The notes below the pieces were generated by a model. The model had not been told where the DNA came from. It made no database searches and worked only from the letters and a program-made list of their open reading frames with translations. From an uncultured Opitutia bacterium (GTDB lineage: Bacteria; Verrucomicrobiota; Verrucomicrobiia; Opitutales; UBA953), in NCBI GenBank assembly GCA_903853185.1, contig CAINSX010000019.1, positions 1-38,154 on the forward strand: a stretch of 38,154 nt of DNA, in the 5' to 3' direction. The position numbers were made by a program, and so were the translations under genes. This document shows positions 1 to 11,105 of the stretch, piece after piece; positions within the stretch are counted from its first letter, which is position 1; each line of letters begins with the position of its first letter.

Positions 1-513
1 ATCGGCTTCGGCCGGCGAGTAGGCGACGCGGGCGGCGAGATTACCGCCTGCGGAGAAACCGAGGATGCCGACCTTCTTCGGATCTGCATTCCATTCCTTA
101 GCATGCTCGCGGACGATCTGAATGGTGCGGCGTGCGTCCATGACGGGGACGGTCCAAGGCTTCTCGTTGTCACGACGGGGCACGCGATAACGCAGCACGA
201 CGGCGGCGCTGCCGAAAGCGTTGAGGCGACGGGCGACTTCGGCGCCTTCGTGCTCTTCGGCGAGGATGCCATAGCCGCCGCCGGGGCAGACGATGACGAT
301 GGGGGCGCCGGGCTTGGCGGCCGGATAGACCACGAACTCGGGAATCATCACGTCGGTGCGGTGCCCATTTTTATTGATGATGCCCTTGGGGTCCTGGCCG
401 GGCTTGGCTTTCAGGGTTTCGGCGGGAGGCGCGCCTTCCCACACTGGAGCAGGAGGGAGCGAAGCGGCGCCGAGGGATGCGCAGAGCAGACTGAGGAGGA
501 GCGGTGTCTTCAT
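1..513 (-). CDS. Secreted alpha/beta-hydrolase (acetyl-esterase/lipase-like); 3' end runs off the window
   Basis: My own minus-strand translation from the ATG at 513-511 gives MKTPLLLSLLCASLGAAS (signal peptide), then IVIVCPGGGYGILAEEHEG, VLRYRVPRRD and KVGILGFSAGGNLAAR (G-x-S-x-G nucleophile elbow). There is no stop before position 1, so it is absent from the ORF track. It is a clear paralogue of 522..1373. Confidence 0.75.
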   Translation of the reverse strand, partial: MKTPLLLSLLCASLGAASLPPAPVWEGAPPAETLKAKPGQDPKGIINKNGHRTDVMIPEFVVYPAAKPGAPIVIVCPGGGYGILAEEHEGAEVARRLNAFGSAAVVLRYRVPRRDNEKPWTVPVMDARRTIQIVREHAKEWNADPKKVGILGFSAGGNLAARVAYSPAEAD

Positions 514-521
514 AGGAAAGT

Positions 522-1373
522 TCAGAGGGGAGAGAGTAGGCGCTGGTCGACGAGCCACGCACGGAGGGTTTCGGTCCAGACCTTCGCGGCTTCACAGCGA
601 TCGGTCGCGCCCCAACCGTGACCGCCTTTGGCCCAGACGTGGACTTCAGCAGAGCCGCCGAGGGACTTGAGCTTCGCGGCGAGCGCCATCGAGCCTTCGG
701 CCGGGATGCGATCATCCGCGCTATGAGCAAAGAAAGCCGGCACGGGCTTCGGGCCCTTCAGAGGCACCACGCCTTCCGGCCCGTCGCGGAGGACACTGTC
801 GGGCTGATCTTTTTCAAAAAGGTAAGCCGGGTAGATCATGATAGCGAAATCCGGACGAGGAACGGCGACATCCGAAGGCGAATAAGCCGCGCGGGCGGCG
901 AGATTACCACCAGCGGAGAAGCCGAGGATGCCGACCTTGGCCGGATCGGCGTTCCATTCCTTGGCCCGGGCGCGGACGATTTCCAGCGAGGCGCGGGCGT
1001 CGATGAGCGGCACGATCCACGGGCGCAGCGGGTCGCGGCGTGGGACGCGGTAGCGCAGGATGACGGCACCGCAGCCATAGGCGTTGAGTCGCTTGGCGAC
1101 CTCGTCGCCTTCGTGTCCATCAGCGAGTCCGCTGTAACCGCCGCCGGGGCAGATCAGGATGATGGGCGAATTCGGGCGGGGCGAGGGCCAGGGCGTGAGC
1201 TCGGGTGCGAACACGTTACCACGATGCCCCGGAGTACGGGTTCCGTGCGGATCCTGACCTTCCTTCATCGTCAGGGTCTCGCCTGGCGGCTTGCCTGGAA
1301 AGACATCGAAGGTCGGCAGAGGATCGGCCGTGAGCGTAAGGACGGCAAGGAACGCGGGGAGCAGGGATCTCAT
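522..1373 (-). CDS. Secreted alpha/beta-hydrolase (acetyl-esterase/lipase-like)
   Basis: 283 aa with an N-terminal signal-like segment MRSLLPAFLAVLTLTA. It has an oxyanion-type CPGGGY, the nucleophile elbow GFSAGGN, and later HSADD and GGHGW consistent with a Ser-Asp-His triad. Its ATG (1373-1371) overlaps the TGA of the upstream permease gene (ATGA). Confidence 0.8.
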   Translation of the reverse strand: MRSLLPAFLAVLTLTADPLPTFDVFPGKPPGETLTMKEGQDPHGTRTPGHRGNVFAPELTPWPSPRPNSPIILICPGGGYSGLADGHEGDEVAKRLNAYGCGAVILRYRVPRRDPLRPWIVPLIDARASLEIVRARAKEWNADPAKVGILGFSAGGNLAARAAYSPSDVAVPRPDFAIMIYPAYLFEKDQPDSVLRDGPEGVVPLKGPKPVPAFFAHSADDRIPAEGSMALAAKLKSLGGSAEVHVWAKGGHGWGATDRCEAAKVWTETLRAWLVDQRLLSPL

Positions 1374-2656
1374 TCGTGTCGGAGGGCTTCGATCGGGTCG
1401 AGATTGGCGGCGCGGAGCGCCGGGTAGACGCCGGCCACAAGCCCGACGACAACGGAGAAAGCGAGACCTTGGGACATGATCACCCAGTCGAGCGTGGCGA
1501 CGGCCCCCGTGGGCAACGCCTGCGTCAGGATGTAGTTCATCAACGCGACGATTCCCATCGAGACCACGAGGCCGATGATGCCGCCGACAACGGAGATCAC
1601 CGCCGCCTCAGCGAGGAACTGCAGGAAGAGGTCCGAGCCGCGGGCGCCGACGGCCTTGCGGACGCCGATCTCGCGGATGCGTTCGTTGATGGAGGCCAGC
1701 ATCACGTTCATGATACCGATGCCGCCCACAAAGAGGGAGATGCCGGCCACGCCACCGAGCGAGAGTTTGAAGGCCGCCTCCGTCTTACGGAAATCCTCGA
1801 GCGTCTGCTCGTTGGTCGAGATCGCGAAATCGCGGAGGCCCTTGTGGCCGGCCAGCATCGTACGCTCAGTCTGCTCGACCGCGTCATGGAGGCGTTCGGC
1901 GTCGCCGATACGCAAGCCGAGGCCGCTCAGGCGATCGTTACCGATGAACTTCGCCTGGGCAGTCGAGACGGGGATGAACGCCCCGCTATTGCGCCAGCGC
2001 CAGGCACCACCGCCGCTACGCGAGTTGGCGGAACGGATCTGCATCCCGCTGCCTTCGATGTTATTGAGGACACCGATGACCGTGAAGCGGCGGCCGCGGA
2101 TCTTGATCACCTTGCCCACGGGGTCGACGTTGGCGCCGAAGAGCTCAGGCACGACGGCCGAGCCCAAGACAATCACGTCGTTCATATTGAGCACATCGAG
2201 GTCGCTGATGAACCGGCCAAAGCCGGGGTCGATCCAGCGCTTCGCGACCGGCAGGTAGTCGGCCGTAACGCCGGTGACGTAGGTGCTCGTCTCGTGGCCT
2301 TCAATGATGAGGCGTTCGTAACCGACCCGCGCCTCGGGCGAGATGTTTTCGACGAGCGGCACCGTCTTGCGGATACGGTCGACGTCGCGCATCGTCACGC
2401 CCTCGGAAAGCTCCGAGAGGTGCTCCTGCTCTTTGGGCAACTGCTCGCGGGTGACGGTGATTTTTTCGATGCCGCCCATGGCATCGACGAACTGGCGGAA
2501 GTTGCCGACCATGCCTTGGACGACCGTGACCATCGCGACGAGCGAGGCGACGCCAAGGATGATACCCGACATCGAGAGGAGCGAGCGGACCTTATTCGCC
2601 TGGAGTTCGCGGAGGCCGTTGACGACGGCGGGGCGGATGCGATCGAAGAGTTTCAT
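1370..2656 (-). CDS. ABC transporter permease, MacB/FtsX family
   Basis: 428 aa. It has an N-terminal TM helix, a large periplasmic domain and a C-terminal FtsX-type TM bundle ending ...VYPALRAANLDPIEALRHE, typical of MacB/LolCE permeases. An ATGA overlap joins it to the upstream ATPase gene. Confidence 0.9.
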   Translation of the reverse strand: MKLFDRIRPAVVNGLRELQANKVRSLLSMSGIILGVASLVAMVTVVQGMVGNFRQFVDAMGGIEKITVTREQLPKEQEHLSELSEGVTMRDVDRIRKTVPLVENISPEARVGYERLIIEGHETSTYVTGVTADYLPVAKRWIDPGFGRFISDLDVLNMNDVIVLGSAVVPELFGANVDPVGKVIKIRGRRFTVIGVLNNIEGSGMQIRSANSRSGGGAWRWRNSGAFIPVSTAQAKFIGNDRLSGLGLRIGDAERLHDAVEQTERTMLAGHKGLRDFAISTNEQTLEDFRKTEAAFKLSLGGVAGISLFVGGIGIMNVMLASINERIREIGVRKAVGARGSDLFLQFLAEAAVISVVGGIIGLVVSMGIVALMNYILTQALPTGAVATLDWVIMSQGLAFSVVVGLVAGVYPALRAANLDPIEALRHE

Positions 2657-3339
2657 CGGGCGCGGTCCTCATGGACGAGACCGGCGCGCATCGAGATGAC
2701 GCGGTGGGCGTTCTCAGCGACGGAAAGGTCGTGCGTGACGAGCACCACCGTGATGCCCTCCTTGATGAGCGAGCCGAGGAGTTCGAGGATGCGGTCGACA
2801 TTCTTCACGTCGAGGTTACCCGTCGGTTCGTCGGCGAAGATGATCGAGGGCGTGCCCACGATGGCGCGGGCGATGGCGACGCGCTGGCGTTCGCCGCCGG
2901 AGAGCTGGCTCGGGCGATGGTCCAGGCGGTGCGACATCCCAACGCGCTCCAGCGCTACCTTTGCGGCCGCGGCGTTGGCGACCGGGTCGGAGTTCTCGCG
3001 ATAAAGCAAAGGTAGGGCCACGTTTTCGAGGACCGTAAGGCGCGGAAGCAGGTTGAAGGACTGGAAGACGAAGCCGACACGGTTGGAGCGGTACCAAGCG
3101 CGCAGGTCCGGATCGAGTTTGGCGACCTCCTGGCCGTCGAAGACGATGCTGCCTTCGCTCGGCGTATCCATGAAGCCTAGGATATGCATCAGCGTCGACT
3201 TACCGGAGCCGGACGGACCGAGGATCGCGACGAACTCGCCCTTCTGGAAATCGAGGTCGACACCCGCGAGGGCATGGACGGTCTCGTCGCCCATGACGTA
3301 GGCCTTGCGCAGACCGCGGATGGCGATGAGCGCGGGCAT
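2653..3339 (-). CDS. ABC transporter ATP-binding protein (MacB/LolD-type)
   Basis: Walker A GPSGSGKST, signature LSGGERQRVAIARA, Walker B IIFADEPTGNLD and H-loop VTHD. I chose the ATG at 3339 (MPALIAIRGLRKAY...). The track start at 3420 would overlap the adaptor gene by about 80 nt and adds a low-complexity extension. Confidence 0.9.
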   Translation of the reverse strand: MPALIAIRGLRKAYVMGDETVHALAGVDLDFQKGEFVAILGPSGSGKSTLMHILGFMDTPSEGSIVFDGQEVAKLDPDLRAWYRSNRVGFVFQSFNLLPRLTVLENVALPLLYRENSDPVANAAAAKVALERVGMSHRLDHRPSQLSGGERQRVAIARAIVGTPSIIFADEPTGNLDVKNVDRILELLGSLIKEGITVVLVTHDLSVAENAHRVISMRAGLVHEDRAR

Positions 3340-3340
3340 C

Positions 3341-4417
3341 TCAGCGGACGGTCGCGGGGCGGACGAGGCTGACGACGTCGCCGATCGCGACGCCTTCCTT
3401 AATCTGGGACCAGCCGGCATCGCTGAGACCCAGTTTCACCTTATGGGCATCCCACTCGCCGTCGGCGGTGCGCACATAGACGAGCCGATCGGCGCCGTCG
3501 ATGAAGACGGCCGAGACCGGTACGGCGACGCAGCCCTTGACGCTGTCAACGGTCACGGTGACGTTGGCGCTGATACCGGGGCGCACGCCGTCACCGGCCG
3601 GGAAAGAGACCTGTGTTGGGAAGACGCGCAGGTCCGGGACCTTAAGGTCGGCGGTGCCGAAGGGAGTCATGAAGGTGATCTTGCCTGGCTTGCGTAGGCT
3701 AGGAATGGAATCGAAGGTCACCATCGCGTCCTTGCCGATTTCGACGCGCGTAGCGGCGAACTCGTTGAGGTTGACGTCGACGCGCAGGATCGAGGTGTCG
3801 GACACCGTCATGATCAGGGTTCCGCTATTGATCGACTGGGCGCCGATGACGATTTGGCCCTCGAGGATGGTGCAGTCGGAGACCTGGCCGTCATGCGGGG
3901 CGCGGATGACGGTCTTACGGACGTTCTCGGAGGCCTTGTCGAGGCGGGACTGGGCAATCTCGCTCTGGAGCTTGGCGACCTCGTAGGCCGTCTTGGCGTC
4001 GAGCATCTCGCGCTCGGAGACAAAGCCCTTGGCCCGCAGCGCCTCGGAGCGGTGCAAGTCACGGGCTACTTTCTCCAGCGTGAACTTCTGCAGCTGCAGC
4101 GTGCGGCCGGCCTCGTCTTCATCGGCTTTCGCGAGGATGGGGTCGAGCTCGATGAGGATCTGATCCTTCTTCACCATGTCACCGGTCTGGACATAAAGCT
4201 TCTGAAGCTTGCCGCTGACTTCCGCCCGGATGCTGCTGAAGGTCACGGCGCGGACAAACCCCGCGGACTCGATGGTCTCGCGAATATCGCGCTTCTCGGC
4301 CTTGGCTTCGAAGGCCGGAGCGAGCGGCTGATGACCGCCGCCCTTCTTCTTAGGCCAGAAGGCGAAGGCGAGCCCGCCAACGACGGCGAGGATGACGAGA
4401 GGCTTAAGAAACTTCAT
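3341..4417 (-). CDS. Efflux periplasmic adaptor, HlyD/MacA family
   Basis: 358 aa. It has an N-terminal anchor MKFLKPLVILAVVGGLAFAF, a lipoyl-like motif VQTGDMVKKDQILIELD, a coiled-coil hairpin and C-terminal beta-barrel-like segments. An ATGA overlap joins it to the upstream TolC-like gene. Confidence 0.85.
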   Translation of the reverse strand: MKFLKPLVILAVVGGLAFAFWPKKKGGGHQPLAPAFEAKAEKRDIRETIESAGFVRAVTFSSIRAEVSGKLQKLYVQTGDMVKKDQILIELDPILAKADEDEAGRTLQLQKFTLEKVARDLHRSEALRAKGFVSEREMLDAKTAYEVAKLQSEIAQSRLDKASENVRKTVIRAPHDGQVSDCTILEGQIVIGAQSINSGTLIMTVSDTSILRVDVNLNEFAATRVEIGKDAMVTFDSIPSLRKPGKITFMTPFGTADLKVPDLRVFPTQVSFPAGDGVRPGISANVTVTVDSVKGCVAVPVSAVFIDGADRLVYVRTADGEWDAHKVKLGLSDAGWSQIKEGVAIGDVVSLVRPATVR

Positions 4418-5979
4418 GGGGTGACGGTCAGAGGGGGGAGGGGGTCTTCGGAGCCGAGGCCGGAGCCGATCTTCTGCTCGACGGCGTCCATCGTGAAGCC
4501 GTGGCGGGAGAGAATAGAGCCGTCGAGACGCGCGACCTTGGCGGAGGCCGCGCGAGCGTCGAGATGGGACTGCACCCAGTTAAGCTGAGCGGAGTCGAGA
4601 GCGGCCTGTGCCTGGAGCACGCGGAGGACATCGGACTGGCCAGCGTCATAGCGGGCGCGTTCCCCTTCGTAGGACTTGCGTTGAAGTTCGAGGGAGGACG
4701 TGGCGGCGTCAACGCGGGCGCGCGCGGCTTCGAGGTCGCGCCAAGAAGCACGGGCCCCGAAGACGAGGCTCTGACGGGTGTCTGCGAGGCGCAGTTCGGC
4801 CTGGCGGCGGGCGCGATAAGCGGAACGTAGGTTCGCCTCGGACTCGCGGAAGCCTAGCGGGAAGCTCAGCCGGAGTTCGGCGTAATTATTCCAGCCGGAC
4901 TGCTGGCGATAGGCGTCGTAGCCACCCGAGACGCCAGTGCCGGGATTGCCGAAGCGGGAGCTGCCCACGGAAAGGTTGAGGCTCGGGTGGTCGTTCTGCT
5001 CGGCCTGGGCGACGCCAGCTTCGGCCTGGACGATATTGGAAAGCTGAATGGCTGTGCCGAAATCGAAATCAGCCACGGTCCGAATCCAGGAAGAAAAAGT
5101 CGTCGGCGCAGGTACGGCAGCGGTCGGCATGTCATCGACGAGCAGGGCCTGTTCGACCGCGGCGGCGGAACCCTGACCGAGCAGACGGCGCAGATCCATC
5201 TCCGCACCATCGAGAGACTGGCGAGCGTTGAGCACGGACACACGCTGACTGGAGACATCGGCTTCGGCCTGCAATTCTTCGAGTACCGTCGCGTCGCCGA
5301 GCGAGCGCTTGGCGCGGATCTGAGCGAGGAGCGATTCCGCCGAGCGCAGGCTCGTCTCGCGCAAGGAGACCAACGTGCGGGCACCGGCAAGCGACCAATA
5401 GGCGACTTCGGTATCGCGGATGAGATCGAGCGAAGCGGCGCGGAGAGAGAGACGATTACGATAGGCCGTCTGACGCGCGGAGATCAACGCGGTGAGGTTG
5501 ACCGCACGCCAGCCACCGGCGAGGAGCGGCTGCGTGTAGGCGATGTTCGTGCCAAGGTCGTACTGGGAAGCTGTGGCGAGATTACTAGAATCACCCCAAG
5601 TACGAGTCAGGCCGGCGCCGACCGAGAGCGTACCGCCCCAGGTGAACTTCTGACTCAGCGCGACATCCGAGTCGTGCCAGCGGGTGGCGGGAAGTCCGCC
5701 TGAGAGGTCAGCGTAAAGATGGGAGCCGCTCAGGCGATTGGTCCAGGAGAGGTTCGGATCGAAGACTGCTTCCGAGACTTCGACCGCATCCAAGGAGCGG
5801 AGGGCGTCGAGGCGGGTGACCGTCAGGCCGAGATTAAAGAGCAAGGTCCGGTCGATGGCCTTCTCCAAAGAAAGAGGGCCAGCCGGGGCCACGGCGGAGG
5901 CCGTCGACGTAGGCACGCCCAGCTCGGCGCCGCGAAGGGACGCCGCCGCCAGAAATGCCATGGTGAGGACAAGACGCAT
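4414..5979 (-). CDS. TolC-family outer-membrane efflux protein
   Basis: The length, the two-repeat coiled-coil/beta pattern and the signal peptide MRLVLTMAFLAAASLRGA fit the family. The start is uncertain. The track start at 6030 is a TTG lying inside the terminator-like T-tract of the upstream gene. The ATG candidates are 6000, 5979 and 5961, and I chose 5979 because of the signal peptide. Confidence 0.8.
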   Translation of the reverse strand: MRLVLTMAFLAAASLRGAELGVPTSTASAVAPAGPLSLEKAIDRTLLFNLGLTVTRLDALRSLDAVEVSEAVFDPNLSWTNRLSGSHLYADLSGGLPATRWHDSDVALSQKFTWGGTLSVGAGLTRTWGDSSNLATASQYDLGTNIAYTQPLLAGGWRAVNLTALISARQTAYRNRLSLRAASLDLIRDTEVAYWSLAGARTLVSLRETSLRSAESLLAQIRAKRSLGDATVLEELQAEADVSSQRVSVLNARQSLDGAEMDLRRLLGQGSAAAVEQALLVDDMPTAAVPAPTTFSSWIRTVADFDFGTAIQLSNIVQAEAGVAQAEQNDHPSLNLSVGSSRFGNPGTGVSGGYDAYRQQSGWNNYAELRLSFPLGFRESEANLRSAYRARRQAELRLADTRQSLVFGARASWRDLEAARARVDAATSSLELQRKSYEGERARYDAGQSDVLRVLQAQAALDSAQLNWVQSHLDARAASAKVARLDGSILSRHGFTMDAVEQKIGSGLGSEDPLPPLTVTP

Positions 5980-6023
5980 GAATGAGGGGTAGTACCTCAT
6001 AGAGGGGAGATTGTTCCCAGTGT

Positions 6024-6055
6024 AAAGCAAAGCGGCGCACCTTTCGATGCGCCGC
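6024..6055 (-). terminator. Candidate intrinsic terminator after the FKBP isomerase gene
   Basis: The minus strand reads GCGGCGCA-TCGAAAGG-TGCGCCGC followed by TTTGCTTT. That is a perfect 8-bp GC-rich stem, an 8-nt loop and a U-rich tail, about 25 nt after the stop at 6079. A second small hairpin (AAGGAC/GTCCTT, 6061-6080) overlaps the stop codon. Confidence 0.45.
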
Positions 6056-6078
6056 GAGGTAAGGACTGAAAACCGTCC

Positions 6079-6825
6079 TTACTTAGCCTTCGAGATCTCG
6101 ACGAGCTCGACCTCGAACTCGAGGACGGACTTGGCGGGAATCGGGCCCTGACCCTGCTCGCCGTAGGCGATGGCAGCCGGGCAATAGAGGACGATCTTGC
6201 CGCCGACGCCGATGAGCTGGACGCCTTCGGTCCAAGCCGGAATGACGCCGCTGAGCGGGAATTCGGTCGGCTCGTTGTTGCGGGTCTTGGTGGAGTCGAA
6301 GACCTTGCCGTCGACGAGCTTGCCCTCGTAGCGGCACTTCACCGTGGAAGCGGCGGTCGGCTTCACGTCGGAGCCGGGAGCGAGAATCTTATAGCGCAGA
6401 CCCGAAGCGGTCTTCGTCACCGACTTGTCGGTGTCGATCTTGGCGAGGAACTCATCGTTCTGCTTGCCCCACTTACCGGCCTTGGCGCTGACGCGTTCCT
6501 GGAACATGGCGTCGGCACCCTCGCCGAGTTCGGCGGGGTTGAACTTCGGCTTGTCGCCGCGCATGGCCTGACGCACGCCGGCGAGGAAGAGTTCGATCTC
6601 CTCATCGTTGAGCTCGAGCTGCGAGTTCACTTGGGGCATGGGGGACTGGCTGGCGATGGAGAAGCCAAGCATGGTCCAAGCCTGTTTGACTTGATCGGGG
6701 GTGAGCGGTTTCACGATTTTTGCGGGGGGAGGAGTGGGAACCGCGGCGGCGGCAGGCTTCGCCTCATCGGCGGCATGGAGAGACGCGACGGCGACAGCCA
6801 GCGCGGCGAGGACGGGGTATTTCAT
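6079..6825 (-). CDS. FKBP-type peptidyl-prolyl cis-trans isomerase, FkpA/Mip-like, periplasmic
   Basis: It has a signal peptide MKYPVLAALAVAVASLHA and an N-terminal helical domain. The C-terminal FKBP domain reads GLRYKILAPGSD...VKCRYEGKLVDGKVFDS...FPLSGVIPAWTEGVQLIGVGGKIVLYCPAAIAYGEQG. Confidence 0.9.
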   Translation of the reverse strand: MKYPVLAALAVAVASLHAADEAKPAAAAVPTPPPAKIVKPLTPDQVKQAWTMLGFSIASQSPMPQVNSQLELNDEEIELFLAGVRQAMRGDKPKFNPAELGEGADAMFQERVSAKAGKWGKQNDEFLAKIDTDKSVTKTASGLRYKILAPGSDVKPTAASTVKCRYEGKLVDGKVFDSTKTRNNEPTEFPLSGVIPAWTEGVQLIGVGGKIVLYCPAAIAYGEQGQGPIPAKSVLEFEVELVEISKAK

Positions 6826-6847
6826 GGGAATGGGGTTCGTAGCCGAT

Positions 6848-10090
<3,243 letters not shown>

Positions 10091-10209
10091 AGTGTTCCGC
10101 GGACTGTCAGCGACCGTTGGAAGGGTGGTCAAGTGGGGACTTCTAACAATTGCGGGCGCGCCGCGGGAAGGCGCTTGCAGGGTCGTCCCGGGCGGGCATT
10201 CATCGGGGC

Positions 10210-10572
10210 GTGGACATCATCAGGATAGCTGGCATCAAGTCCTTCGGACACCATGGCGCCCTGCCCGAGGAGAAGCGTCTCGGCCAGCGGTTCACCGTCT
10301 CCGTAGACCTCGAGGTCGATACCCGGCCGGCCGCCGCCGGCGACGACCTGAAGCTGACCGTCGATTACGCCCAGGTCATCCGCACGGTGGAAGCCCAGCT
10401 GACCGGCGCGCCGGTCTACCTGATCGAGACCCTGGCCCAACAGATTGCCGCCCGAATTTTGGGCACTTTCGGGGTGGTCAAGGCCGTCACGGTAGAAGTC
10501 ACCAAACCTTTCGCCCCGGTGGCCGCCGAGTTTGACGCCATTTCGGTGAAGATCCGTCGCGAGCGGGCGTGA
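10210..10572 (+). CDS. folB: Dihydroneopterin aldolase
   Basis: From the GTG at 10210 the product reads (M)[36 protein letters not shown]..., which aligns with the FolB N-terminus (E. coli MDIVFIEQL...). The track start at 10150 is a TTG adding 20 Arg/Gly-rich residues. Confidence 0.85.
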   Translation: MDIIRIAGIKSFGHHGALPEEKRLGQRFTVSVDLEVDTRPAAAGDDLKLTVDYAQVIRTVEAQLTGAPVYLIETLAQQIAARILGTFGVVKAVTVEVTKPFAPVAAEFDAISVKIRRERA

Positions 10573-11105
10573 AGGGGAACCCCCAGCACTTCATCCTCGG
10601 CCTAGGCAGCAACCTCGGCGACCGGGCCGATATCCTCGGCCAAGCCATCGGGCTTCTGGGCAAACTCCCCGAAACCCGAATTTTAGCCATTTCCGAGGCC
10701 GTGGACTCAGATCCGGTGGGCTATGCCGACCAGCCTAACTTCTTAAATCTTTGTCTGGTAATTACTTGTGAGTTAAATCCCGACGAACTCTTGGTAAAAA
10801 CCTTAGATGTCGAACGCCACCTCGGTCGGGAACGGACCGCTAACCGTAACGGCCCCCGGACTTTGGACATCGACCTGCTCTTCTATGAAGGGGGCGCGTG
10901 GGACAGCCCGACGGTCACCCTCCCCCACCCTAGGTGGTCTTCCCGTGGTTTTGTCGTGATCCCCCTAGGAAATCTCCTTCAGGACCCCGTCCTCGCCAAG
11001 CACCCCGCCTGGACTTCGCTCGCCGCGGAGGTCCGGTCCCTGTCCGTCGGAGGCCAAGGCCTCCGCGTATGGCAAGGCCCGACCCCCTGGAGCAAGACTC
11101 CCTGA
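10569..11105 (+). CDS. folK: 2-amino-4-hydroxy-6-hydroxymethyldihydropteridine pyrophosphokinase
   Basis: ILGLGSNLGDR, QPNFLNLCLVITCELNPDELL, ERHLGRER, RTLDIDLL and LPHPR are classic HPPK motifs. Its GTG start overlaps the folB stop (GTGA). Confidence 0.9.
   Translation: MKGNPQHFILGLGSNLGDRADILGQAIGLLGKLPETRILAISEAVDSDPVGYADQPNFLNLCLVITCELNPDELLVKTLDVERHLGRERTANRNGPRTLDIDLLFYEGGAWDSPTVTLPHPRWSSRGFVVIPLGNLLQDPVLAKHPAWTSLAAEVRSLSVGGQGLRVWQGPTPWSKTP

Noticed and set aside
1376-3004. 542-aa plus-strand ORF
   Set aside because: It is antisense to the MacB-type permease and ATPase genes. Its Asp/Arg/Ala-rich composition has no motifs.
10934-11068. 5' extensions created by the first in-frame ATG/GTG/TTG in the track. 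This one is comEC. The same applies to folB (10150), carB (10132), TolC (6030), ribH (17206), the permease (28123), DUF4340 (30537) and the FGase-like gene (20648).
   Set aside because: The track translates TTG/GTG as M. These starts lie inside upstream genes or add Arg/Pro-rich unconserved residues. Downstream ATG/GTG starts restore canonical N-termini or signal peptides.
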